Notes under the pieces: generated by a model
What the model was told of the DNA's origin: nothing
Seen by the model: only the letters and a program-made list of their open reading frames with translations
The model's database searches: none
Made by a program: the position numbers and the translations under genes
In this document: positions 45,199-54,722 of the stretch, in pieces
How the letters are laid out: each line of letters opens with the position of its first letter
Numbering within the stretch: position 1 is the first letter of the stretch
From: Candidatus Babelota bacterium
GTDB taxonomy: Bacteria; Babelota; Babeliae; Babelales; RVW-14
Assembly (NCBI GenBank): GCA_018266175.1
Contig: JAFEAY010000016.1
Location: 1,029 to 65,028 of the forward strand
DNA: 64,000 nucleotides
Direction: 5' to 3'

Positions 45199-45332
45199 TG
45201 CTTACGAATTAGTTTTCAGAAAAATTAGTTATTTACTGCTCGGTTTGGTAAAATTCCTAAACAATACTTTCACTGGTTGTTGTATCGCAAAGAATGAACT
45301 CAATAACAGCACACAAGAACGATATATTTATT

Positions 45333-46073
45333 ATGAAAAACCCAAAAGAACGTCTTGACGCTCGCGTATTACGCGAACACCCTCACCTAACCCGTAACCA
45401 AGTACAAGGCTTTATTATACAAGGCAAAGTATTGGTTGACGGCAAAGCAATGACTAAATCTGGAACACAAATCACCGCTGAAAATGTTGTTGAGTTGACC
45501 ATACAAGACCCTAAGTTTGTCAGCCGAGCTGGGTTTAAACTTGAAGAGGCGCTCAAGCAGTTTGGCGTTGACGTAACTGGCCTCACGGTTGTTGACGCAG
45601 GTATTTCCACAGGCGGCTTTACCGATTGCCTTTTGCAGCAAGGCGCCAAGCGAGTGTATGGCGTTGATGTTGGCTATGGCCAAGTGCACGAAAAGATTCG
45701 TACCGACCCACGCGTTGTTTTGCTTGAAAAAACCAATCTGCGACTTCTTGAACGACTTCCGGAGCAGGTTGACTTAGCAACGCTTGATTTGTCATTTATC
45801 TCACTCCTTAAAGTAATCCCTGCTATAAAAAACTTACTTAAACCGGATGGTAGAATTGTTGCACTCATCAAGCCTCAATTTGAAGCTGAGCGACACGAAG
45901 TAAGCCGTGGTGGAGTTATTAAAGAAGATGCCATTCACCAACGCATTATTCAGCAAATCAAGACTGGCATGGAAGAATTTGGATTTACCTTGGTCCACGT
46001 TATTGAGTCACCTATTGTTGGTGCAACATCAGGGAATAAAGAATTTCTTGGATACTTTGTTTCAAAACAATAA
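45333..46073 (+). CDS. tlyA: TlyA-family rRNA 2'-O-methyltransferase (hemolysin A-like)
   Basis: S4-like 'RLDARVLREHPHLTRNQVQGFIIQGKVLVDGK', 'VSRAGFKLEEAL', and a SAM motif 'VVDAGISTGGFTDCLLQQGAKRVYGVDVGYGQ'. Confidence 0.85.
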   Translation: MKNPKERLDARVLREHPHLTRNQVQGFIIQGKVLVDGKAMTKSGTQITAENVVELTIQDPKFVSRAGFKLEEALKQFGVDVTGLTVVDAGISTGGFTDCLLQQGAKRVYGVDVGYGQVHEKIRTDPRVVLLEKTNLRLLERLPEQVDLATLDLSFISLLKVIPAIKNLLKPDGRIVALIKPQFEAERHEVSRGGVIKEDAIHQRIIQQIKTGMEEFGFTLVHVIESPIVGATSGNKEFLGYFVSKQ

Positions 46074-46093
46074 GAAAATTATCTGAACAAATC

Positions 46094-46127
46094 AAAAGCC
46101 CCTCGACCTAAAATCGAGGGGCTTTTT
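46094..46127. terminator. Bidirectional rho-independent terminator
   Basis: AAAAGCCCCTCGA-cctaaaa-TCGAGGGGCTTTTT, between convergent genes. Confidence 0.8.
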
Positions 46128-46146
46128 AAATTACTTAGTTTAAAGC

Positions 46147-47184
46147 TTAGTTAGCTGGATTAACAATTACAACTCTCATTGGAGCTGGATCCGCTGTAGC
46201 GCTCCATAAACCGGCATTTATACCAGCATTATTAACAATCTTATCAGCTTTTTTCTGAAGAGGATTACCAACATAATCCATAAACAACTTACAAATGATA
46301 AGAGTAGTCACCGTTGCGCATGCAGTTTTCACGCCTGACTCAAGAATGCTTGCAGACCACTCTGGAAGTTTAAAATCGCTGCAATCTTTTTCAATCAGAC
46401 GCATAAACTTAATCCCAAAACCTTCAGCTGCATTACCAAAATCAACACCACAGGTTGTAATGTCGGTCATGATAGCAGTTGCTTTGTTATAGAATTCCAT
46501 TGTTGATTCATCGGTTGGAGAAACCAAGGTAAAGTAAGCATTCAAAAATGCATAGTCACTTGCATCCAAATTTGCTCCGCCCTTACGAATATCAATGAGC
46601 AAGCTTGGCTTTTTAGCAAAGGTCAAACCTTTTTCAGCAATCTTATTTTCAAGGTATTGTCGTACCGACTTAAATTCTTCAGCATTGCGAAGAACCCACT
46701 TCATTGCAACACCATCGGTCATTTCATCAACAAGAAATGTTCCAGGATATGTTTCTTGAGGCAAGATACCGGTTAAGGTCAAAGCACCTGCAATCATGCA
46801 ACCAATGTAAGACTCTCTAAAGCCATCGTATTTACGATCAATTTGAATACCCGCATCAAGCGCTTTAACTGTTCTTCTGACAGGAATAAGTGCCTCTAAA
46901 TCTTGAGCTGTTTTTGCAAGACGAGGACTGCCGTCGATTTCAGTACCACACATAACCGATGTAAAGGTATTTTCTGCGGGATCAAAACGAAGCATGTACG
47001 GATATTTTGCGCCAACCGATTTAAAAACTACAAACGGTTCTGCAATAGTTAACGGAAAGCTTGTAAACCCAGCTTTTTTTTCAACTAATTCAGCTTCTGG
47101 ACTTACAAAATCTGCATGCAGATTTACTGCTGTAGCACATGCAAGAGCAAGAACGCCACTTGCAATAAATTTTCTCAACATCAT
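46147..47184 (-). CDS. Exported hypothetical protein
   Basis: Likely start ATG 47184 (MMLRKFIASGVLALACATAVNLHA), preceded by GGTGGAG. The ORF track starts at 47235. No family recognised. Confidence 0.7.
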   Translation of the reverse strand: MMLRKFIASGVLALACATAVNLHADFVSPEAELVEKKAGFTSFPLTIAEPFVVFKSVGAKYPYMLRFDPAENTFTSVMCGTEIDGSPRLAKTAQDLEALIPVRRTVKALDAGIQIDRKYDGFRESYIGCMIAGALTLTGILPQETYPGTFLVDEMTDGVAMKWVLRNAEEFKSVRQYLENKIAEKGLTFAKKPSLLIDIRKGGANLDASDYAFLNAYFTLVSPTDESTMEFYNKATAIMTDITTCGVDFGNAAEGFGIKFMRLIEKDCSDFKLPEWSASILESGVKTACATVTTLIICKLFMDYVGNPLQKKADKIVNNAGINAGLWSATADPAPMRVVIVNPAN

Positions 47185-47256
47185 GGTAACTCCACCATAA
47201 AAACACCTAAACCGACTGGCATGCCCGAAGCACACACATTTTTTACTCGTATGGCC

Positions 47257-47284
47257 ATTGTATAATAATGAGCACTTTTTTCAA
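47257..47284 (-). promoter_or_regulatory. Candidate sigma70 promoter (TTGAAA-16 nt-TACAAT)
   Basis: On the minus strand TTGAAA is at 47284-47279 and TACAAT at 47262-47257, upstream of the 46147-47184 gene. Confidence 0.45.
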
Positions 47285-47367
47285 GAAAATAGTCGCTACC
47301 TCATGCTAGCAATAAAGCCGATGGGATCATTCTTTTATTAATTTATTCAGACAGAATATAAGAGGTG

Positions 47368-48414
47368 TTATTTAATTAAATATTTGCCCGCCAGAATAGC
47401 AAAGAGCGCAACCAGGGCAATTGGAGCAAGTGCAATCCAAGCAGAACAACCATACGCAACCAAAAAATCAAGGAGTGCTTGGCTCGTCAAAAACAGTGGA
47501 TAAGCTGCACATAATGCAATCCAGCGCAATCTGTTATGCCCATACCAAACCGTAAATAATAGTATTGTTATCAACGAATACAAAAGAACGTAAAAATATG
47601 ATGTTATTATTTTAAGCAACTGATACAAAAGCTTATTAACAACGGAATTTGGCAGCTGTTTATAGGCATGCACAATAATTGGATACAAATTAAGAGCTGT
47701 TGGCACTTGATCTTCAAGTGAAAGCTGCGAAAATAATTCAGGGAAAGTCATAACCTTTTGACTAATTGGTAGACACTGATGCGCCATTGCGTCAAAGCTA
47801 CTTCCCTGTTCAATAGAGAGCTGATTTGCCTCAAGATCAACTGAAAAATTTGAACCTATAAGCGCCTGCTCAATTGAGAAATCTGGAGACATGGTAAGCA
47901 CTGTTATGTTTTGCCCACTGTTAGTACCCATATCAAGCATACCAATATGACAAAAGCGACTATCACTTAATTGAATCCAGCGATGAACAAGTAACTGTGG
48001 TGCTTTTTGTTTAAAATGCTTTACTTTAAATTGCTCAGCTTTGAACGCAAGCTTACAAACAAACAATTCTTTACTCACCATAACAACGCCTGCAAACAAG
48101 CATCCTGCCAGCACAAATAACCGAATGAGCTCTTTGTTGTTGATATTAAGCATCATCATGAGTTCCCACTCATGATGCACATAAAACTCTCTGAGTAATA
48201 ACCCTGTTGCAAGCCAACACCCCACCGCACAGTTATCAACAAGCACTGGAAGGGCATTAAGCCCTAAGAACATTCCAATATGCGCAAACGATGCATGCGA
48301 TACACGCATAAGCTTTTCAAAAAGCTCAATAAGCGTCAACAGAGCTGTAAGTAAAAGAGTTATCGTACCAACATAATAACAATAGCGTTTAAAAAAATAC
48401 CGGATAAAAACCAT
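47368..48414 (-). CDS. LptF/LptG-family (YjgP/YjgQ) permease-like membrane protein
   Basis: About 350 aa. N-terminus 'IRYFFKRYCYYVGTITLLLTALLTLIELFEKL', three N-terminal TM helices, a ~120-aa loop and three C-terminal TM helices. The assignment rests on topology and the N-terminal motif. Confidence 0.55.
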   Translation of the reverse strand: MVFIRYFFKRYCYYVGTITLLLTALLTLIELFEKLMRVSHASFAHIGMFLGLNALPVLVDNCAVGCWLATGLLLREFYVHHEWELMMMLNINNKELIRLFVLAGCLFAGVVMVSKELFVCKLAFKAEQFKVKHFKQKAPQLLVHRWIQLSDSRFCHIGMLDMGTNSGQNITVLTMSPDFSIEQALIGSNFSVDLEANQLSIEQGSSFDAMAHQCLPISQKVMTFPELFSQLSLEDQVPTALNLYPIIVHAYKQLPNSVVNKLLYQLLKIITSYFYVLLYSLITILLFTVWYGHNRLRWIALCAAYPLFLTSQALLDFLVAYGCSAWIALAPIALVALFAILAGKYLIK

Positions 48415-48426
48415 AAAGAGTAAGCG

Positions 48427-49110
48427 CTATGTTAATTTTTTTGCTCGATCGAGCAAAGATTTTGGAGTCACTAAGCCGCAAGAAACAATAGCCTTAATCG
48501 CCTCTTCAAATGAAATGTCGGTATGCGTGATATCATATTCTGACATAATAAAGAAATATCCGCTTGAAGGATTTGGAGAGTTGGGCATAAAAACCTTATA
48601 ATACTTTTCTCCAGGCTTTCCGCGCTCAGTTTCAGGAAGAAGTTGTTGATAGGTAAATTCTGCTGATTCAAGTAAAAATGCAAGATGATATTGTCCTTTT
48701 TGTGGATAGGGAATCAAAACAACTTTTTTTCCTGAATAATCGCTTTCGGAAAGCTTGAAAAAATCCACCAATGTTTTTACCGCTGAATAAATAATACGAA
48801 TAAGCGGAATGCGAATAATGAGCGATTCAAAATAATGAACAATACTGTTAACAATAAAAACTTTAAGGACAACCCCAATAAACAAAATAATTATCGTTAC
48901 AATAATGAACTGTGATCCGGGAATTTGCTTGAGAAATTGAGGCTCAATCTGGTGCAATGGCTGCAAAATTCTTACTAAAAAGTTATACGCAAATCCAATA
49001 AAAAATACAGTGGCCGCTAAGGGAATTATGGTAAAAAGACCACTTAAAAAAAGCGTCTGAAATGCTTGTGTAATTCTGTTCGTAAAACTTTGTTCTTTTT
49101 CGTTCATCAT
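48427..49110 (-). CDS. DUF502-family membrane protein
   Basis: 'LFTIIPLAATVFFI', 'IIRIPLIRIIYSAVKTLVDFF', 'PNSPNPSSGYFFIMSEYDI...DISFEEAIKAIVSCG' match the DUF502 pattern. Confidence 0.55.
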   Translation of the reverse strand: MMNEKEQSFTNRITQAFQTLFLSGLFTIIPLAATVFFIGFAYNFLVRILQPLHQIEPQFLKQIPGSQFIIVTIIILFIGVVLKVFIVNSIVHYFESLIIRIPLIRIIYSAVKTLVDFFKLSESDYSGKKVVLIPYPQKGQYHLAFLLESAEFTYQQLLPETERGKPGEKYYKVFMPNSPNPSSGYFFIMSEYDITHTDISFEEAIKAIVSCGLVTPKSLLDRAKKLT

Positions 49111-49130
49111 ATATCTCCCAATAATTTTAA

Positions 49131-50477
49131 TTAAATATCAAGATTTAACGCCTGCTGCAACCGTGCTGCAAGTACCTGCGCAATATGTCGTGCATAGTCA
49201 TGATTTGGCGCCTCAGTCATAACACGGAGTAAATTTTCAGTCCCTGAATAACGCACCAGCACTCTACCATGCTCTAGAAGTTGTTCATACTCCTGAATAA
49301 TATTTTGGAAAGGATCTACAGCCAAATCTTTTTTCTGAGCAACGGGAACATTAATAAGAACCTGGGGGAATTTTTCAAACGTTATAAAGTCCCAATTTTT
49401 TTGATGCATCAAACTCATAAGTACCATCAGTGCGGTAAAAATTGCATCACATGTTGGCAGATAATTTTTCAGGATAATGTGCCCAGAGTTTTCACCACCT
49501 AACAAGAGCTGCTCCTGCTCCAAGCTTGCAAAAACATACTTATCGCCAACAGCAGCACGCACAAGATCCCTATTTTGTGCTTCTAGTGCGCACTCAAGCG
49601 CTTGGTTCGTCATGACAGTGCCAACAACTGCACGCTCCTGTGCATATTCAGGCAACGCGAGCAACTGATACAAAATATCATCACCATCTTTAATTTGGCC
49701 ATATTTGTTTACTGCAATAACGCGGTCTCCATCCCCATCAAAAGCAAAACCGATATCAGCACCCCAACGGACCACTTCATAAGCAAGATTTTCTGGGTAA
49801 AGTGCTCCGCAACGATCATTAATATTAAAACCGTTGGGCTGATCGTTAAGAGTAATAACACGAGCTTTAAGCGCTTTAAAAATAGCTGGGGCTACTGCTG
49901 ATGTCGCACCATTCGAACAATCGAGAACTACGGTAAGACCTTCTAAAAAATTTTCAGTAAAATGAGCCCCTACCAAATCTTGGTAGGTACTAGCGGCCGT
50001 TTGCCATCGATAAATTTGAGCCTTGTCATGCGGCACAAGCTGTTCACTATTTTTTGAAAAATGCTCATAAAGAGCAACAATACGCGCTTCTTCTTGAGCG
50101 TTAAGCTTGCAATTGTCTTTGCCAAAAAATTTAATACCATTATCAACATATGGATTATGTGAAGCAGAAATGACAAGCCCGGCATCAATACTTTTATCAT
50201 GCATCATAAGTTGACACAGTGCCGGAGTTGGAAGAACACCTGCATCAATGATGGTAACTGGAAATTTTGATAGACCAGTAATCAGATCATTTTTAATGCG
50301 GTCGAAAGAAATACGAGTGTCACCACATATTAAAAGCTTTGGTGAGGATATTTGATACTGCTCCTGAGCCCAATATGCAAAAGCACAGCCCAAATAAAAA
50401 AGCGCCTGAGGTGTAAATGGGTATAAATCGGCTCGGCCTCGAATGCCATCAGTACCAAATGAAATGGTATCTTTCAC
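49131..50477 (-). CDS. glmM: Phosphoglucosamine mutase
   Basis: 'FGTDGIRG', 'ISASHNPYVDNGIKFF' (phosphoserine loop), 'FDGDGDR', 'GGENSGHI', 'VRYSGTENLLRVM'. Confidence 0.9.
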   Translation of the reverse strand: MKDTISFGTDGIRGRADLYPFTPQALFYLGCAFAYWAQEQYQISSPKLLICGDTRISFDRIKNDLITGLSKFPVTIIDAGVLPTPALCQLMMHDKSIDAGLVISASHNPYVDNGIKFFGKDNCKLNAQEEARIVALYEHFSKNSEQLVPHDKAQIYRWQTAASTYQDLVGAHFTENFLEGLTVVLDCSNGATSAVAPAIFKALKARVITLNDQPNGFNINDRCGALYPENLAYEVVRWGADIGFAFDGDGDRVIAVNKYGQIKDGDDILYQLLALPEYAQERAVVGTVMTNQALECALEAQNRDLVRAAVGDKYVFASLEQEQLLLGGENSGHIILKNYLPTCDAIFTALMVLMSLMHQKNWDFITFEKFPQVLINVPVAQKKDLAVDPFQNIIQEYEQLLEHGRVLVRYSGTENLLRVMTEAPNHDYARHIAQVLAARLQQALNLDI

Positions 50478-50609
50478 AAAATCCCTATCGTTGCATGTCC
50501 ATTGTGGACTAATAAAAAAATGCCAGCTCTAAAGTCTTTCTATTATTTTACCCGGTATGGTAAAATAATACAAAAATATCAACCCTAAGCCTGAGCATGC
50601 CTAGCCCAG

Positions 50610-51272
50610 ATGTTGTGGAGAATGAATATGAAAATGTTATTTTTACTCAAATGTTTTGCACTTGGTATATCTGCAGTTGCTGGGGTTGGACCTATTTTCA
50701 TTTTAACGTTTAATCGAGGCGCGCTCAAAGGTTTTGGTCGTGGACTTGCAACTGCGCTGGGAGCTGCTCTTGGCGACATGCTTCTTTTTTTTCTCGGATT
50801 AGTTGGACTATTGAGTATTCTTGAAGGCTCAAAGAATATGGTTCTTCTGCTTGATCTTATCGGCGGCGTTGCATTGGTTATTATGGGAACAAAAATGCTT
50901 CACAGCACACCAACTTACATTCACGAACGATTGGGTGGAAATGAACCATATCTTGGCACAGTCATCAGATCATTCTTATTAACCGTTATCAACCCACTGG
51001 CAATCATCTTTTTTTTAATCGTCAGCGTACAACTACTTCCTGCGGGACAAATTCGCTTGCCCTTTAACCAAATTATCGCTGCAAGTTTAACGGTTGGTCT
51101 TGGATCGCTTACCGCTTTAACTGCTATCGCTTTTGTTGCAAGTAAGCTTGGCAAGTCATTGAGCATTGCCTATCTTCTAAAAGTTTCTTACATAACCGGT
51201 GTTATTTTTATCGGAATTGGTATTTATTTTTTCAGCGATGTCGTAAGAGCAGCTTTTCATCTTTTTAGATAA
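50610..51272 (+). CDS. LysE-family amino-acid exporter
   Basis: 'FALGISAVAGVGPIFILTFNRGALKGFGRGLATALGAALGDMLLF', 6 TM helices, about 210 aa. Alternative in-frame ATGs are at 50622, 50628 and 50634. Confidence 0.75.
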   Translation: MLWRMNMKMLFLLKCFALGISAVAGVGPIFILTFNRGALKGFGRGLATALGAALGDMLLFFLGLVGLLSILEGSKNMVLLLDLIGGVALVIMGTKMLHSTPTYIHERLGGNEPYLGTVIRSFLLTVINPLAIIFFLIVSVQLLPAGQIRLPFNQIIAASLTVGLGSLTALTAIAFVASKLGKSLSIAYLLKVSYITGVIFIGIGIYFFSDVVRAAFHLFR

Positions 51273-51273
51273 A

Positions 51274-51311
51274 AAAAATGCGCCGAACTTTTTGAACTCA
51301 GCGCATTTTTT
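51274..51311. terminator. Bidirectional rho-independent terminator
   Basis: AAAAAAAATGCGCcga...tcaGCGCATTTTTTATT, between convergent genes. Confidence 0.65.
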
Positions 51312-51329
51312 ATTGAGAAATTTTTAGAA

Positions 51330-52001
51330 CTAACCAAGTCGTTGGTAACGATGCGTTACTTTACCAATAACACGGAAGTTGTCTTTTCCTCGAATCAACG
51401 CAACCGGTGGGGTCTTGTGATTTACCGATTCAAGAACAATAAAATCTTCCATATAGGTAATTTGCATGATTGCTTTGATTGGATTGTCGTTTCCATATTC
51501 AACAGCTGCAACATCACCTGAGCGAGTCCATGTTTCAGGAGATACAATTAAGTAATCGCCTTTAACAAAATTTGGAGCCATGCTGTTGTTTTCTACACAA
51601 AAGCAAAACATTGATTCATCGGTGCTGTTAAAAACAGGAACAAAAATATCTTTGTATCCTGTTGTTACTTGCATCAATTGATTGTTGTATGGCGAAGGAT
51701 TCGACGGAATGTCACCCATAACCGGTACAATTTTCAACTGAAGATCAACAACCGCATTTTCAGGCATTTTAACTGAATTATCAACGTTATCGGTACGGCT
51801 TCTACGCTGAGCAAAAAGATCCACTGGATGTGTTCCAAATGCATTTGCAAGCTTTTTAAGCGCGTCTTCATTCCAACGACGAGTTCCATTCTTGATATGC
51901 GTCAGATAGCTTTCAGACATTCCTGTCTTTTCAGCAAGGACCTTGGTTGTCCAACCACGTTCTCTGAGCAATTCTTTTACACGCAATTCTGTTGATGACA
52001 T
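51330..52001 (-). CDS. LexA-like repressor: XRE HTH plus S24 self-cleaving peptidase domain
   Basis: 'LRVKELLRERGWTTKVLAEKTGMSESYLTHIKNG', S24 motif 'NNSMAPNFVKGDYLIVSPE', and 'VIGKV'. ATG 52001 is preceded by GGAAGGAG. Confidence 0.8.
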   Translation of the reverse strand: MSSTELRVKELLRERGWTTKVLAEKTGMSESYLTHIKNGTRRWNEDALKKLANAFGTHPVDLFAQRRSRTDNVDNSVKMPENAVVDLQLKIVPVMGDIPSNPSPYNNQLMQVTTGYKDIFVPVFNSTDESMFCFCVENNSMAPNFVKGDYLIVSPETWTRSGDVAAVEYGNDNPIKAIMQITYMEDFIVLESVNHKTPPVALIRGKDNFRVIGKVTHRYQRLG

Positions 52002-52252
52002 AAAAAAACTCCTTCCCAAACTTTCTGCTTTCACATAACAAGCACATGTGTCGTCACTAATATAGACTATGCCAAATTGAAAAGCTACAAAAAAATGCTA
52101 GATGTATCTATAAAAAAAATCTTTCATTATGACAAATTCTTATACCCATTTTTTAAAGAACTATTTCCCATGTACGGCCACAAAGAATCATGTTAAGATA
52201 CGGCGTAATTTGACTATTAACCCAAGCTCAACTCATTGCAGATGATGACACA

Positions 52253-52942
52253 ATGAAAAGAAAAAATATTTCATTTCCGCTCAATTACTTTGAAAAAAAA
52301 GCATGGAACGATCAATTGTATGTTTGTGGAATTGATGAGGTTGGACGTGGATGCCTTGCAGGACCAGTTGTTGTTGCAGCGGTAATTATACCTTTGAATA
52401 AATCATATCACTTACTTAAAGATTCAAAGCTTATGAGCCACGATGAGCGCGAACTTGCTTATAAATGGATAACAAAACACTGCACCTATTCAATTGCAAT
52501 TGCTTGTCATAAAACAGTTGATCAACATAACATTTATCAAACAACACTTCGAACCATGAAAAAAGCATATATCTCTTTAATTGAAAAACTCCCTTTTGCT
52601 TTTAAGCAATTAAAATATGTTGTTGTTGATGCTATGCCGCTTGTCATTGAAAAATCGTATACACACACTGATCTTGAAGTTCATCATTTTAATTATGGTG
52701 AATCTATTTCGCATTCAATTGCTGCAGCATCGATTATTGCAAAAGTTACACGAGACCGATTATTGGAAAAAATAGATTGTTTATTTCCGGCCTACTCTTT
52801 TGGTAAACATAAAGGATACGCCACCAAGGTTCACATCCAGGCCCTTGAACAGCATGGCCCATCACTCCTGCACCGTATTTCTTTTCTTTCTAACTTTGGG
52901 AAAAAGGAGTCCGATGACAATCATCAACAATCACTTTTCTGA
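52253..52942 (+). CDS. rnhB: Ribonuclease HII
   Basis: 'GIDEVGRGCLAGPVVVAAV', 'DSKLMSHDERE', 'ASIIAKVTRD', 'GYATKVHIQAL'. Confidence 0.9.
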   Translation: MKRKNISFPLNYFEKKAWNDQLYVCGIDEVGRGCLAGPVVVAAVIIPLNKSYHLLKDSKLMSHDERELAYKWITKHCTYSIAIACHKTVDQHNIYQTTLRTMKKAYISLIEKLPFAFKQLKYVVVDAMPLVIEKSYTHTDLEVHHFNYGESISHSIAAASIIAKVTRDRLLEKIDCLFPAYSFGKHKGYATKVHIQALEQHGPSLLHRISFLSNFGKKESDDNHQQSLF

Positions 52943-53570
52943 TACCTCATCACCATTAATCACTCCTGTAATCGAAGAAAAAAGTTTTGCTGAAATCATT
53001 GCAAGTACGCTGGACCACTTTGTTGCTCAAAGCTGGAAGTGGGACCATTTTCCAAATTTTGGCTCGTTAATTCAGGTAACCAATAATCAAACAACAATCA
53101 TCGGTTGTGTTACTCATGTTGAAACAGGATCGATGGATCCACTACGCTCGCCATTTCCTTACCAAAAAACTGAGCTTGAACTCTTAGCTGAGCAGCCACA
53201 AATATTTGAATTTTTGCGAACAACCTTTAAAGTTCAAATATTAGGTTATTTTGAAAACCAAAATCTCCAGAGCATAACGTACCAGTTAGCCCCAAAACCC
53301 TGTAAAATCCATAGCTTTGTTGCTCAAAGCTCCCCCGATGTCATCAGGATTTTTTTTGGAAAAGCTGATTATTTACATTTGCTTTTTGCGTTTGCTCACC
53401 AGATACCCAATATCGATGAACTCTTACTTGCTATTATCCATCAACTCACCGATCAAAAGCTTTTTTCTCAAGAACACTTTGAATCACTTTGTGAAATGTA
53501 CTCACTGCTCACCGCAAATGACTATCGACGTATGAAACTATTCTTGCAACGTATCGAACAACTCATCTAA
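52914..53570 (+). CDS. Hypothetical protein
   Basis: AAGGAG precedes ATG 52914, which overlaps the rnhB end by 29 nt. The ORF-track start at 52800 would give a 143-nt overlap. No motif recognised. Confidence 0.6.
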   Translation: MTIINNHFSDTSSPLITPVIEEKSFAEIIASTLDHFVAQSWKWDHFPNFGSLIQVTNNQTTIIGCVTHVETGSMDPLRSPFPYQKTELELLAEQPQIFEFLRTTFKVQILGYFENQNLQSITYQLAPKPCKIHSFVAQSSPDVIRIFFGKADYLHLLFAFAHQIPNIDELLLAIIHQLTDQKLFSQEHFESLCEMYSLLTANDYRRMKLFLQRIEQLI

Positions 53571-53601
53571 TCTCAATCTATTATAAGCCAAGGAGGAAAT
53601 C

Positions 53602-54165
53602 ATGAACTATGCCACAACAGTAAATTTTTTTTACACAGTAGTCATTTCATTCACGCTTTTGACATTAAATTGCCGGGCAAATATTACGTATATAAAAAAT
53701 AAATCTGAAAATCCCATTACAGTCACACTGATGTCGCATAATGGTGACGAATTTAAAAACTCACCTATCGAAGTATTTGATAGTACCGAAGAACGTTATG
53801 AATTAGTTGATATCCCATTAATAATTGAATCAGGTTCTTCACTCAAGGTAAATATGGAAATTCCCCAATCTTTAGATGAATTTACCGAAAAAACGCCTTT
53901 TCAAGAAATCCCAACAATCGTCCCAACATACCTTAAAGTAACAACTAAGCGCTTTTTGAGAGATAAAAATCGATATCAAGACGCAACATTCAATATAGTC
54001 TATGGTAAGCACGCTTCATCATCAGCCATATGGTCACAAAAAATCGTCGCAACACAAGTAACGGCTATAGCTATCTTGGGCCAAATAAGCCCTTGCATGA
54101 ACCTAGTCATCGACGAAAACGGCTCTCCATCAATTAAAATTGTTCTCCATCGAGAATTACCATAA
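53602..54165 (+). CDS. Hypothetical exported protein
   Basis: AAGGAGG Shine-Dalgarno sequence. Hydrophobic N-terminus 'FFYTVVISFTLLTLNCRA'. Confidence 0.6.
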   Translation: MNYATTVNFFYTVVISFTLLTLNCRANITYIKNKSENPITVTLMSHNGDEFKNSPIEVFDSTEERYELVDIPLIIESGSSLKVNMEIPQSLDEFTEKTPFQEIPTIVPTYLKVTTKRFLRDKNRYQDATFNIVYGKHASSSAIWSQKIVATQVTAIAILGQISPCMNLVIDENGSPSIKIVLHRELP

Positions 54166-54722
54166 AACCCCTGGGTAATTCAAACTGAATATATTTAAAA
54201 TATTTAAAAATTTTGATTGATAAAACTATTATGCGCGCTATATTTCTAATGAAAAATCTAGAATAACAGCAACTGACATCTGGACAAAAGGTAACCGACA
54301 TGACAACAGACAGCGCGCATAAGGTTGAACAATCCTCCTTGCATTGTTCATACGATTTCATGTATGAACCAATTTACACACCAAGCTATAATATTTCGTT
54401 TATCTTTTATGATGAAAACGAAATTGAAGATGATAGTGAAAACTATGAAGAAGAGTTCTGCCCTCCTATTCATTAAAATATAGTATAACTATCAGCTTTA
54501 AATCCAACACAAATCAACAGCCCAAAGGGCACCTTCCCCGCCATGGCCTTGAGGCTTTGCTCCTTAGGCCAATAGAATACTCATTTTTAGCCAAAGCAGC
54601 CCCATTTGACAATTTTCAATTATTTTGACAATCTGAATTAATAATTAAAATTTATAAAAATTTTTAAACCTGAACATTGCATAAATTATGTAATAACAAT
54701 AAAAAACAAAATGGAGTTTACC

